Origin: Eledone cirrhosa
Lineage: Eukaryota
Length of the DNA stretch: 64,000 nucleotides
NCBI GenBank assembly: GCA_964016885.1
Contig: OZ024740.1
Location: forward strand, 223,076,001 to 223,140,000
Direction of reading: 5' to 3'
The translations under genes were made by a program, and so were the position numbers. Shown here one piece after another: positions 52,155-63,562 of this stretch; within the stretch, counting starts at the first letter, position 1; every line of letters starts with the position of its first letter. Under the pieces are notes generated by a model. It searched no databases, was not told where the DNA came from, and was given only the letters and a program-made list of their open reading frames with translations.

Positions 52155-53305
52155 GTGATGTGTATGATAGATGACAGCTATATAAAGAAATACAGAGATA
52201 TCTCAGTGGCTGGAACTTGTCAAGGAGGTAGATCCAGGAAGACTTGGCAAGAGCTAGTGAGGATAAACATTAAAAACATAAACCTTACAACAGAGATGAC
52301 AAATGGCAGCAAAGGCTGGTGCTATGCTGTGCTGATGAAGGCCCAACAACCAGCTTAAAATGTAATCTGACCCATCTCCATGCCCCCCACATCTGTGCAC
52401 CCCATACTGTTGATGCTCATTACACTTCCACTCCTTAGCTATTGTCTCCATCACTACACTCACCCACCAAACACTGGGAAGTGCCTCCCCCAACATTATT
52501 GAACTCAAGGTCCATGCCTTCGCCCCTATCACTGCTTAAGCATTCTCTCCATCGCAACCGCCTCCGCCATACTATCAGAGGTCACCTCTTTCCTTCCTAC
52601 TTATCATCCTGTCAAATCTCACCATCCTTTTCATACATCAATAACATATTTATGTTTCTTCTCCTCCCTCATCCAATCCCAAGCAAAGAGCTCTTCAGTT
52701 GGAACAATAAACAACAACCTCTCTTGTATTAGTGCCAGGAACATGCACTCAGTACACCCTGTGAGTTAGTTGGTAATAGGAAGGGCACTGCACTGTATAA
52801 ACCATGCAAAAATGGTTGAGAGGACACTTCTGTTATGTCAATGGTACGACAACCTTTCTAGTGTTGGGGATCTACATAATAAACACATCAAGTACACACT
52901 GTAAACTGGTTGGTGATAAGAAGGGCATCCAGCCATAGAGCACTTCTAAGGGCTGAGAGGAACATTCAGGTGTGTCAAGGACATGACGATCTCCCTAGTG
53001 TGGGTGTTCAACATGATAAATGCACTGAGTATATGCTGTAAAGTGGTTGGTGATTTGAGGAGCATCCAGCCATAGAAATCTTGCCAAGCATAGGTTTGGG
53101 AGGGCCTTCAGTTAGGTGAAAAACATAATAATCTCTCTAGTGCTGGTCTCATGATAAAATGTGCTCAGTAGAGTGTGGGACCTTATAGAAGTGAGTTGCA
53201 GAGCCCCAGTCTATCTGGGAGGTCAGTATCTCCACTTGAGTAATGACTCATACCATGAAGACCTGCCAAATAGCAGAGAAATCAAACATTGAATGATAAT
53301 GATGA
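52155..53305 (+). mobile_element. Old RTE 3' end with ~135-bp module repeated four times downstream
   Basis: ORF 52155-52358 (GGRSRKTW); CTAGTG..CTGTAAA..TGGTTGGTGAT..GGGCATCCAGCCATAGA units at ~52730, 52858, 52996, 53138. Confidence 0.6.
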
Positions 53306-54022
53306 AGTCCATTTGACATTACTTCTATTGGAATAACATTTATTTACACTTATTGTCCCCATCAAGTCTTATTACATAAAACTTTTTTCCAGTTAGATGC
53401 TGGAAACCAAATGAGATTTTATTAGTGATTTTGTGATAACTGATAAACAATTTTCGGCAATAGGTTAGTAAATATATTGAAAACATGTTTTAATAATAAT
53501 TTTCTGGAACCGATCCCATATAATGGGAATTTAACATAATAGAATAGATTTGTTTAAAATGAGATTGCTGCAAGGAACAATTATGTTGGTTGCTGCTAAC
53601 CCCAATTTGGGAGAAGCAGAAAGAAGGGGAGAAGGTAGAGATTAGAATGCTTGATTGTGTGTTTAAATACAGGAATATTCTGTGCTAAGGCGGAAGGAAG
53701 GAAAACTTTCAGAGATGTTGAAATTGTTATGATCTCTAATCAATAGGAGATAACATGAATATTCGACAATATAGAGATTATAAATTATTATTGCTTATAT
53801 GAATAGATTCCAATAAGTACAAAGTTGATAGTTTTAATTAAAGCAGTAACTAGATAGAGTTTTCAATCCCAGTAAAATATATCCCAAATGACTTGGGAAA
53901 ATTAGGGAATGTGTAAAAGGACAAGCTTATGTAATTATTCTGAAAGGATTAAGGGAAATATTAAAAACAACAATTAAAGGATTAAGAAGGTTATGTAAAA
54001 ACATAGTTGTTTACAGCAAAAC

Positions 54023-55180
54023 AAATATACTCTACATTAATACACAATAAAACAACTCACACAACATATACTCTACATTAATACACAATAAAACAACACA
54101 ACTCACACAACATATACTGTACATTAATACACAATAAAACAACACAACTCACATAACATATACTCTACATTAATACACAATAAAACAACACAACTCACAT
54201 AACATATACTGTACATTAATACACAATAAAACAACACAACTAACATAACATATACTCTACATTAATACACAATAAAACAACACAACTCACATAACATATA
54301 CTCTAGATTAATACACAATAAAACAACACAACTCACATAACATATACTCTACATTAATACACAATAAAACAACACAACTCACATAACATATACTGTACAA
54401 GATTAATACACAATAAAATAACACAACTCACATAACATATACTCTACATTAATACATAATAAAACAACACAACTCACATAACATATACTCTACATTAATA
54501 CACAATAAAACAACACAACTCACATAACATATACTTACATTAATACACAATAAAACAACACAACTCACATAACATATACTGTACATTAATACACACTAAA
54601 ACAACACAACTCACATAACATATACTCTACATTAATACACAATAAAACAACACAACTCACATAACACATACTGTACAAGATTAATACACAATAAAACAAC
54701 ACAACTCACATAACATATACTGTACATTAATACACAATAAAACAACAAAACTTACATAACATATACTCTACATTAATACACAATAAAACAACACAACTCA
54801 CATAACATATACTCTACATTAATACACAATAAAACAACACAACTCACATAACATATACTGTACAAGATTAATACACAATAAAACAACACAACTCACATAA
54901 CATATACTCTACATTAATACACAATAAAACAACACAACTGACATAACATATACTCTACATTAATACACAATAAAACAACACAACTGACATAACATATACT
55001 GTACAAGATTAATACACAATAAAACAACACAACTCACATAACATATACTCTACATTAATACACAATAAAACAACACAACTGACATAACATATACTCTACA
55101 TTAATACACAATAAAACAACACAACTCACATAACATATACTCTACATTAATACACAATGAAATAACATAACTCATATTAC
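54023..55180. repeat. 46-bp minisatellite, ~24-25 copies
   Basis: Unit ACATATACTCTACATTAATACACAATAAAACAACACAACTCACATA; 49-bp GTACAAGATT variant at 54395, 54673, 54860, 55001. Confidence 0.97.
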
Positions 55181-55394
55181 AGAAACCAAACATAACAGAA
55201 TAAACACTAAAATAATACAAGAAACTACATGTAAACTACATAACAAAACAAGACTGATGCAAGGCACTAACAGGAGAAGTCTTTACACCTGCAACCATCA
55301 CAAAAATAAGAACACAATTCCATGCACACCTCAGAAGCACAGGGATGCATCAAATGATGCAGTAGAAAACTACCTGAAATTACTGAAGAAATCA

Positions 55395-55585
55395 TAATAA
55401 TTGTTTCTACTTTTGGCACAAAGCCAGCAATTACCCAGTACATTACTGGTACTTTATTTTATCGACCCCGTAAGGATGAAAGGCAAAGTTAACCTCGGCC
55501 GGATTTGAACTCAGAATGGCAAGGGCCATAACTCTATGCGTCAAAGCATGGCGTCCGACCCTCTACCGACGCTGCCAATCCACCA
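55395..55585 (-). mobile_element. SINE family 1, full-length
   Basis: TAATAATTGTTTCTAC..GCCAATCCACC. Confidence 0.92.
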
Positions 55586-55635
55586 ATGATTTTCAAGTTA
55601 GATCAATAATTCTAGGTGAAAGGAAAAGTCATTAA

Positions 55636-55857
55636 CCCTTTAGCATTTACATTATTCTATATATACTATTATATTTCCATGGTAAAAAGCTTTACCCCAC
55701 TTAATTATCTCACATAATATTGAATCTATGAGATTTTGATATCATTTATTTTGAGAACACTACCTTAACATCAGTATGAGTGGCCAGCTATTGCCTGTTT
55801 GAACAGAAAGAGGTGAGAGAATTCTGGTCGGATATGGCTGGTGGAAATGCGAAAGGG
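55636..55857. mobile_element. piggyBac-type MITE
   Basis: TTAA|CCCTTTAGCATTT ... AAATGCGAAAGGG|TTAA: TTAA duplication with 13-bp near-perfect TIRs. Confidence 0.75.
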
Positions 55858-57200
55858 TTAAGGATGAATGGCAAAGTTGACCTTGGTTAAATTTGAAACC
55901 AGAACATAGAGAGCTGTAATGATATATGGCGAAATGATGATAATGGTTGTCATAATGATGAAGATGATGATCATAAAAATAATATACATGATTCAATACT
56001 TGACATTAGATTTTATACAGTTCTGTGAATTCAACTTAATCAATGGAATTTGAACATGGAAGAATCATTTAATACTGGAAAAGACTAAGATGATTGCTTT
56101 CTTCCTTTAAAATTTGTTCTGTTTTAGCAAATGATATTTTCTGCTTGCTATAAGGTGAATTAAGGGGAATTACTCATCTTGTTGAAGATTATAGTATATC
56201 ACTAATGATATTGCTTAATATATAAATAGTGAATAGTTTAGTATGTCCTGTGTTTTAAAATAAAACAGAATTGTCAGAATACCTAAAAATAAAAATATAT
56301 GTACAACATATCCCATTTTAATTCGATCATGTCTATTCTATGTATACTAATTAACTAAATTGTCAGCATATTTTCTATACTCATATACTGATCTGTAGTT
56401 AATTATTAAATGATATGTTTGTCTGATCACAATGTATATCTAGAAATTTCTTTTGTAACATGATTGTAATTATCTGAAATCAAACTGCATACATAACTCA
56501 GTAGGCTATAAATAAGGAATTATGGTTTATTTTCGAGTAATATTAACCCTTTGTTGAACCCAACTTCGTGTAATGTGCAGATTAAAAAGGCACACACTAA
56601 ATTGCTTTTCATCTTGATGAATTGTTATGGGATATGAATGATTAGTTTTGTTCATACTGACAGAAGAAATAGTGATGATTGTGATACTGGCAGAGATAAT
56701 ATTACTGGTGTTGATGGAAAACATCGATTAGGTTTTCTTTAGAACTTCTATAATCAATACCTGCTTGACTACTATATAAAGCCTCAAATCCCACAAGTGT
56801 TTCCAAACGATCCATATCTCATATTCAATATGCTACTGCCTATTGTATTTTGACTAATTTTCTTTGCAGTTATTTCAGTTCTGCAAAGCCAAGATTATGT
56901 TTGTTTAAATTTCTATTGCTAATAGAGTCAAATGGATAGAAATTATAGGATTTTCTTCTATAATATTTCATATCAATAATATTTATCAATTCTGCCCAAA
57001 TGTTCATCAATTATTCGTTAAGAGAGTGTGTGAAGTACCTAGCTTATATTATTGATGTATTTTTTAACTTCTTGAACAATAGCAAATTTTAAATTCCATT
57101 CATGAATAGAAAAAAATGTTTGTGTGATATATTACATTTTACATCCTCCAGCTACAAAAAGATCATTCATGTTGAATGTTATACTAACTTTAATCTCCAG

Positions 57201-57238
57201 CTCAACATTTAGTTGCTGCACTTGCAGCTCACACTAAT
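57201..57238 (+). CDS. Candidate 38-nt host exon (QHLVAALAAHTN), unknown gene
   Basis: TACTAAC branch motif + TTTAATCTCCAG acceptor, GTAGGT donor, open frame phase-compatible with 38738-38769. Confidence 0.25.
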
Positions 57239-57329
57239 GTAGGTTTAGTTAGCATCTTATGAAGTTGAATCTCACAAGAGATTTCTCATGTGTCTTAATG
57301 ATAGGGTCTTTATTTTTATTAATTTCTTC

Positions 57330-57895
57330 ATTATCATCATCGTTTTAATGTCTGCTTTCCTTGCTAGCAAGGGTTGGATAGGTCAACATAGATCATGCTA
57401 GTACTGAAGCGGTGGCTACTGATCTCCCAAACAAGTCAGAGATCTGTTGGCTTTTTTATGAACAGTCTCACATTCTACTAAGTGCACAGAGGAGGTTGTC
57501 ATATCTTTGACAAAACTGAATGTCCTCGAAACCCTTTGTTTAGCAAGCTTTCTATGGCTGGATGCCCCTCCCATCATCAATCACACAGCATGTACTGAGT
57601 GTATTGTGTAGATCACCACCACCACTAGGGAGGCTGTCATGTCTTTGGCATGAGTGAAAGGTCCTCCCAACCAATTGTGTGGCAAGTTTTCTATGGCTGA
57701 ATGCCTTTTCTACCACCAACCATTTTACAGTGTGTACTGAGTATCATGTGTGTACTGAGTATCATGTAGATACCCAAACACTAGGGAGGCTATCATGACT
57801 TGACACTACTGAAGGGTCGTCCTAACCCTTTGTTTGGCAATTGTTCTATGGCTGGATACACTCCCTATATTTTAATAACTTTACAATATGTTGCT
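57330..57895 (-). repeat. RTE-type tail plus degenerate tandem of the GGGCATCCAGCCATAGA module
   Basis: TCTATGGCTG(G/A)AT units at ~57552, 57690, 57845; (CAT)n tail at ~57333. Confidence 0.6.
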
Positions 57896-58307
57896 GCTGG
57901 TACTCAATCGGTTTCAACCAAGTAGTCAGAGCAGTCTTAAAATACAACAAAGGCACATGCTATGAATTAAGAATCAAACCCACAAACTTATTATTGGGAC
58001 TCCAAACCCCTAACCACTAAGACTTAGGAACTCACTGTTTACCTGTAATCTCCTTCAATTATTTTTACATACATGCTTCTGTGTGTGAGTACATATAAAG
58101 GGGTAATAGAGAGATGTTCATCACAATTCATCTAGAATAAACAGTCTCCATAGACATTTCACTCCCATGTAAACTTTTACACTTAATTCACTCACATATA
58201 CATACTTACATTCAACTCAATCAAATATACCCTTGACTGACTCACATACAGATATACTATTTCTCTCCTCAGTTTTACTCTATATCACCTATGTATATAT
58301 ATATAAA

Positions 58308-60920
58308 TATGGAAGCTAAAGGACCCCACAGCCAGAAATAAATTTCAAAGCATATTACTTGATGCTTTCGACAGTAAGGAAGAGCATTTAGAGTCGTACA
58401 ATATAGAGGAACAGTGGGAATTCCTGAAATCAAACCTGCTGATGACGGCAGACGAAGTCTGTGGCCGGAGCAGGCCTATAGGCAGGAGGAGAGTAACATG
58501 GTGGTGGAACAGTAAGGTGGAGGAGTCGATTAAGGCCAAAAAGCAGGCTTGGAAAGTATGGCGGGATGGGGGAAGTAGAGAAGACTATCAAGTGGCCAGG
58601 AGGGAAGCTAGGAGACAAGTGTACTTCGCAAGAAGGGAAGCAGAGGAAAGAAAGTTCAAGCATGTTCTACAACGCGAGGAGCAAAAACGTGAGGTGTTCA
58701 GGATTGCTAGGCAATGTGTCAAGGAAAACCGTGATATTGTCGGGGAGAAGTGTGTACTAAATGATGATGGCGTACTTGCCATCACTGACGCTGATAAGAA
58801 GGTAGCTTGGAAGTGTCACTACGAAAGGCTACTAAATGAGTAGAATAAATGAGAGAAGGATAGTCTGCCCCAAATCGATCCAATAGAGGGAGTGTTAGTT
58901 GAAGGTAGTATAATGAGTAAGGCAATCAAAGATGTGAAGACGGGTAAGGCGGCTGGGCCTTCGGAAATAGTTGCTGAGATGCTGAAAGCCTCTGGAACGG
59001 TGGGACACACCATGGTCACCTGGATAGTAAACCAAGTCATACAGAATGGGGTTGTTCTGAAGGACTGGCATAGCAGCATCATCATTAACTGTTACAAGGG
59101 TAAAGGAGACGCCCTAGATAGGAGTAACTATAGAGGCATTAAATTAATCGACCAGGTCATGAAGGTCACGGAAAAAGTAATAGTGCAACTAATCAGAGAG
59201 AGAATTGATCTAGATGAAATGCAGTTCGGGTTTGTGTCAGGCAAAAGTGCCACAGACGCTCTTTTCATTGTACGACAACTACAGGAGAAGTACCTAGCTA
59301 AAAGTAAACCCCTATACTTAGCTTTTGTCGACTTGGAGAAAGCCTTCGACAGAGTTCCCCGTTCCATTATCTGGTGGGCTCTTAGAAAACTAGGTGTTGA
59401 TGAATGGCTTGTGAGAGCTATACGAGCCATGTATAAAGAAACAGTCAGCAAGGTTAGAATTAACAACGAATATAGTGAAGAGTTTAGCGTAAAAGTTGGT
59501 GTTCATCAGGGCTCTGTTCTTAGCCCCCTACTATTTATTATTGCCCTACAGGCTATAACAGTGGAGTTCAAAACAGGCTGCCCATGGGAACTCCGATACG
59601 CAGATGATCTAACGCTCATAGCTGAATCGATGGCTGAACTAGAGAAGAAATTCCAAACATGGAAGCATGGCCTAGAATCAAAAGACCTTAAAATTAACCT
59701 GGCTAAGACTAAAGTTCTAGTTTGTAGGAAAGAAAATAAGGCGCCGGTCCCTTCCGGGAAATGGCCATGCTCAGTGTGTAGGAAAGGCGTAGGTAGAAAC
59801 TCCATTTTATATCCCAAATGCAAAGTATGGGTGCATAAAAGATGTAGTGGGATCACAGGTAAGCTAACTAAGAACATTGATTTTACATGTGGCCGGTTCT
59901 CTGGTGCAATAAGTAGCAGCAAGTGCCCACAAAATACTAGCTCTTTCAATTGCGCAGAGGGTTCTATAGAAATAGTGGACAGCTTCCGTTACCTGGGTGA
60001 CAAAATCAGCAGTGGGGGAGAGTGCTCTGAAAGTACAGTAGCTAGACTCAGAACTGGATGGAAAAAGTTCAGAGAGCTTATACCACTATTAGCCGCTAAA
60101 GGGTTCTCCCTAAAAATGAAAGGCAGGCTGTATGATGCCTGCATACGAACAGCAATGTTGCATGGCAGTGAGACCTGGGCATTGTGTGCAGAGGATATAC
60201 CCAGACTAGAGAGGAACGAAGCTTGCATGCTCCGCTGGATGTGTAATAGTAATATACGCGAATGGCAAAACATAAACGAACTAAGGGAAAAATTAGAAAT
60301 AAGAGGGATCAGATGTTGTTTAGTCGAGAGAAGACTACGTTGATGCGCATGAAAGACGACAGCTGTATAAAAAAGTGCAGGGCAATAAAGATAGACGGTA
60401 GCCACAGAGTAGGCAGACCCAGAAAAATCTGGGACGACCTGATAAATTCCGACCTCACACACACTTACACCTCTCCAAGACAATGTCACTGGACCGAGAT
60501 CTTTGGCGGTACTCAGTAATAGAGAAGACCCGCCTTACCTGAATACAAAGTAAAACCTACTACAGTCAGTAGGCATCTCTAACAAAACACTCCCAGTCCC
60601 ACCACCCCCACCACACCTCCCCTTTCAATGTAAAGTTACGTTGGTGCCACAACATCCAGGCCAAAACAAATGAGATCGTGTAGGTGTCACGACAAAAAAA
60701 CACACAGTCCACGCTGTAATGTGGCCGTGTAGGCAACATGGTAAAAACCTCCCAGTCCCACACTGTAAATGTGGTTGGTGTTAGGAAGGGCATCCAGCTG
60801 TAGAAAACCCACCAGACAGTCCTATACGAGCAAGACAACCACTCTTACCTCAAGTGGGAAAACTCCCGTCCAAACCCATGCAAGCGTGGAACATGGACGT
60901 TAAACGATGATGATGATGAT
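58308..60920 (+). mobile_element. RTE LINE family B, longest copy (no APE endonuclease; 5'-truncated)
   Basis: One reading frame from ~58310 to 60343 with in-frame stops at 58841 and 58850; 3' UTR ends CCATGCAAGCGTGG..(GAT)n; ATATATAAAT on both flanks (possible TSD). Confidence 0.96.
58892..60343 (+). CDS. RTE reverse transcriptase with inserted PHD-like finger (disrupted copy)
   Basis: NYRGIKL, QFGF, FVDLEKAFDRV, GVHQGSVLSPLLF, YADD, NLAKTK, FRYLG, LHGSETW. Confidence 0.92.
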   Translation: MLVEGSIMSKAIKDVKTGKAAGPSEIVAEMLKASGTVGHTMVTWIVNQVIQNGVVLKDWHSSIIINCYKGKGDALDRSNYRGIKLIDQVMKVTEKVIVQLIRERIDLDEMQFGFVSGKSATDALFIVRQLQEKYLAKSKPLYLAFVDLEKAFDRVPRSIIWWALRKLGVDEWLVRAIRAMYKETVSKVRINNEYSEEFSVKVGVHQGSVLSPLLFIIALQAITVEFKTGCPWELRYADDLTLIAESMAELEKKFQTWKHGLESKDLKINLAKTKVLVCRKENKAPVPSGKWPCSVCRKGVGRNSILYPKCKVWVHKRCSGITGKLTKNIDFTCGRFSGAISSSKCPQNTSSFNCAEGSIEIVDSFRYLGDKISSGGECSESTVARLRTGWKKFRELIPLLAAKGFSLKMKGRLYDACIRTAMLHGSETWALCAEDIPRLERNEACMLRWMCNSNIREWQNINELREKLEIRGIRCCLVERRLR

Positions 60921-61081
60921 GATATATAAATGGAATAGAATGAAACGAAATTTCATTTCTCACTCTTAGTACGGCAGTTACTTAAATGTAAGTATGTATA
61001 TATGTATACGTACATACATATATATATACAGACGTACAGTTGTATGTATATATATACATACATGCACACATATATATATAT

Positions 61082-61288
61082 GCACGTATCGGTTTACCGA
61101 ACATTTATTATAATGCTCAGTTTGTTTGTTTGTAAACAAACAAACAGCCCGAATTACACCGTACAGTGTTTAGGCAACCACGTCACCTTTTTGTTCAACA
61201 CTGGCACAGGAACGATGCACTAGTTTCCAGCATATTAGCTATCGTCAGCATCGTATACCTTCCTGCCAGATGGTTGAACGTCTGAAAG
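61082..61288 (-). mobile_element. ~200-bp hammerhead-bearing insert between (TA)n tracts (solo Penelope-like pLTR / retrozyme-like)
   Basis: Hammerhead motif followed on the minus strand by AATAAA (~61103-61108); (TA)n on both sides. Confidence 0.65.
61212..61254 (-). ncRNA. Minimal type I hammerhead motif with a non-cleavable GUG triplet
   Basis: ACGATG-CTGACGA-TAGC-TAATAT-GCTG-GAAA-CTAG-TG-CATCGT; 6-bp helix I, palindromic ACTAGT helix III. Confidence 0.75.
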
Positions 61289-61639
61289 TATATATATATA
61301 TATATATTCCTAATATTTCTTTCACTTCTTACATAGTCCGTTTTTTTGGCTAGATACTATGATATTAAACATCTTGCCAAGCCCTTTAAACTTACCTTAA
61401 TAGGAGCAATTTAGTTAATAATTAAATGAAAATGTTTTTCTTTGTGTGTTTTAATGATTTTAATTATTGCATATCAAACTTTCTAAGTATGTCGTACAGA
61501 ACGTTTAATAGGATGAATGTTATCCTCTGTCAATTTAAATCACTGATTTGAAACGGTGAAGCTAAAATATTCTATCTACCTAATATTTCTTGGGAATTGA
61601 TATGACATCATTGTTATGCAATATCAATGAATATAAATT

Positions 61640-62780
61640 TAGTAGAACAGCCTCTTTCTGACTAGAATCCAATTTAAAATATTAATGTAAAGATTAGATT
61701 TGAAGTGACTGTTAATCATTTCTTGAAATTCTCTAAATGTTGAAGGTGTCCATGAACCAAACCATTGTAGTAATAGGATTTTTAAGAAGAAACAAATGTT
61801 ATTATACAACAGGACCTTGGGTTTAATTCTACTTGATGATAGCAAATATTAAGATTTAGGTTTGAAGAAATGCATGCTCCATTCAAATTTTTCAGTGCCT
61901 CCTCATATGGACAACTATGGTTGCTCTGCATAGGTTCAGCAACAAATAGATACTCATCTTTCTTTGCTTCCCCCTCAATCAACAATGAAAGTCACATTCT
62001 AGAGACATCAAATGTTTAACCCTATAATACTAAGTTACTTGTAACTGCCTTTGGTTCTATGATACAAAGCTGTCTATTTTGAACTATTTATATCTATCAA
62101 TAAAACCTCCACTGCAATTTCATATCAGCACGCATATTAAATTATGCTCCAAGCACCAGCTCAATAATTATAAATTTGGTTATTTTACTAAGTCCTTCCA
62201 ATTAATTTCAAAATTATTTGAAAATCACAGGCAGTCTTCCATTAGAAATATGGTAACAAAAGATTGATATTAGAGATATCCCTGTTCAATAAACATTTTT
62301 TATATTTTATAACATATAAATGAAACTGTTCCATGGGTTATATCACCAATTTTATATCATGGATGATTAATAATTGTAACATAAAGTCATATAATTTACC
62401 AATACCTTGTAATACCTCAAGGAATTTTTTTTGTATTTAAATCATTTTTTACTGTTGATAGAGTATTGATGTATTTTATATTATTAAATGAAATGAAGCT
62501 GCATTACACATCAATAAGCAGTTACCAGCCATAGATTTGATAACTATGTAATGAATGAAAAAAATTAAACTAGTTCTGGCTGTGACTCAAATGACCAGTT
62601 AAGCCATAGGTGAATATGTCAATGCTGCATGTTTGGATAAATTGTTTCAGGTTTAAATCCCTTGGTTCTTGTGAATGTTGCTCCAGAATCAATAAAGTAT
62701 GATGTAGATATTCCAACAGCCTTTATTTGAAATATAAATTCACCACACTTCTTGAAGCAAAAAGGAATATTTTGTTTTGT
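61640..62780 (-). pseudogene. Ancient Ty3/Gypsy pol remnant (protease + RT)
   Basis: FIDSGAT (aspartic protease) at ~62690; LNGACISSNLNLNICYHQVELNPRS..ITF and EFQEMI (RT) at ~61900-61700; protease-RT order. Confidence 0.6.
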
Positions 62781-62899
62781 GGTGGTGATATGATAAAATA
62801 AACCCAGTACAAACACACAAACACTCATACATAAATGCATCTCATGCACATTATTAAGTGGCCAACAATTGGAGACAACACAGGCATAGAAGAGCTTTT

Positions 62900-63562
62900 T
62901 AGTCTTGTCAGGAACTTGACAACCTCTCTAGTTTTGGTATCCTAATCGGCGTTTCCCTGAGGCTCGGCCTCCGGATCTGCCAGCCACACCAATGTCACTG
63001 CGGTTCCACCGTGGACTCTTTTGGCCTCCACCTGCTTTCCTGTCGCAACAGTGCCAACCGCATTCCACACCATGCTGCCCTCAACGAGGTCATTAAGCAT
63101 GGCTTGGACACTGCAGGCTTCCCTTCCCAGCTTGAGCCGGTGGGGCTAGATCGAGGGGACAGCAAAAGGCCAGATAGCATGACCATCTTCCCATTCCGTG
63201 GTGGCAAACCCCTCGTCTGGCATGCCAATTGCACCAACACTTTCTGCAGCCACAACTTGGTGCAGTCTGTGACTGAACCAGGTTCTGCGGCACGTTGGGC
63301 TCACGGGGTCAAACTCCACAAATACCGGTCGCTCTCTGACAGGTTTGCAGTCGTACTCCTGGCAGTGGAGACTTCTGGTGTCCTCGGCCCCAGGGCTACC
63401 TCCTTACTCACCACCATAAGCGCTGAGCTGGCCAGCCGCAGGTGTGAGCCCCATGAGTTGGAGTGGCTTTTCCAGCGCGTCTCCCTTGCCGCCCTCCTGG
63501 GAAATGCCTTCTCCATTCTGTCCGCCGGGGTTGTGGGTGGGCCCCATCACGTACCGTTCTAG
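62900..63562 (+). mobile_element. CRE-clade non-LTR retrotransposon 3' fragment (CCHC finger + RLE)
   Basis: LRLGLRICQPHQCHCG..LHLLSC, LEPVGLDRGDSKRPD, KLHKY, AVETSG.LG, LFQRVSLA..GNA; GC-rich island. Confidence 0.85.

Noticed and set aside
54023-55180. CRISPR array or telomeric repeat
   Set aside because: Contiguous tandem units, no spacers, no cas genes, no TTAGGG-type unit
56784-56880. Minus-strand terminal exon candidate (TEITAKKISQNT..GNTCGI*); similar ones at 11825-11929 (+) and ~51030-51135 (-)
   Set aside because: Short open frames after an AG are expected by chance; no protein recognised
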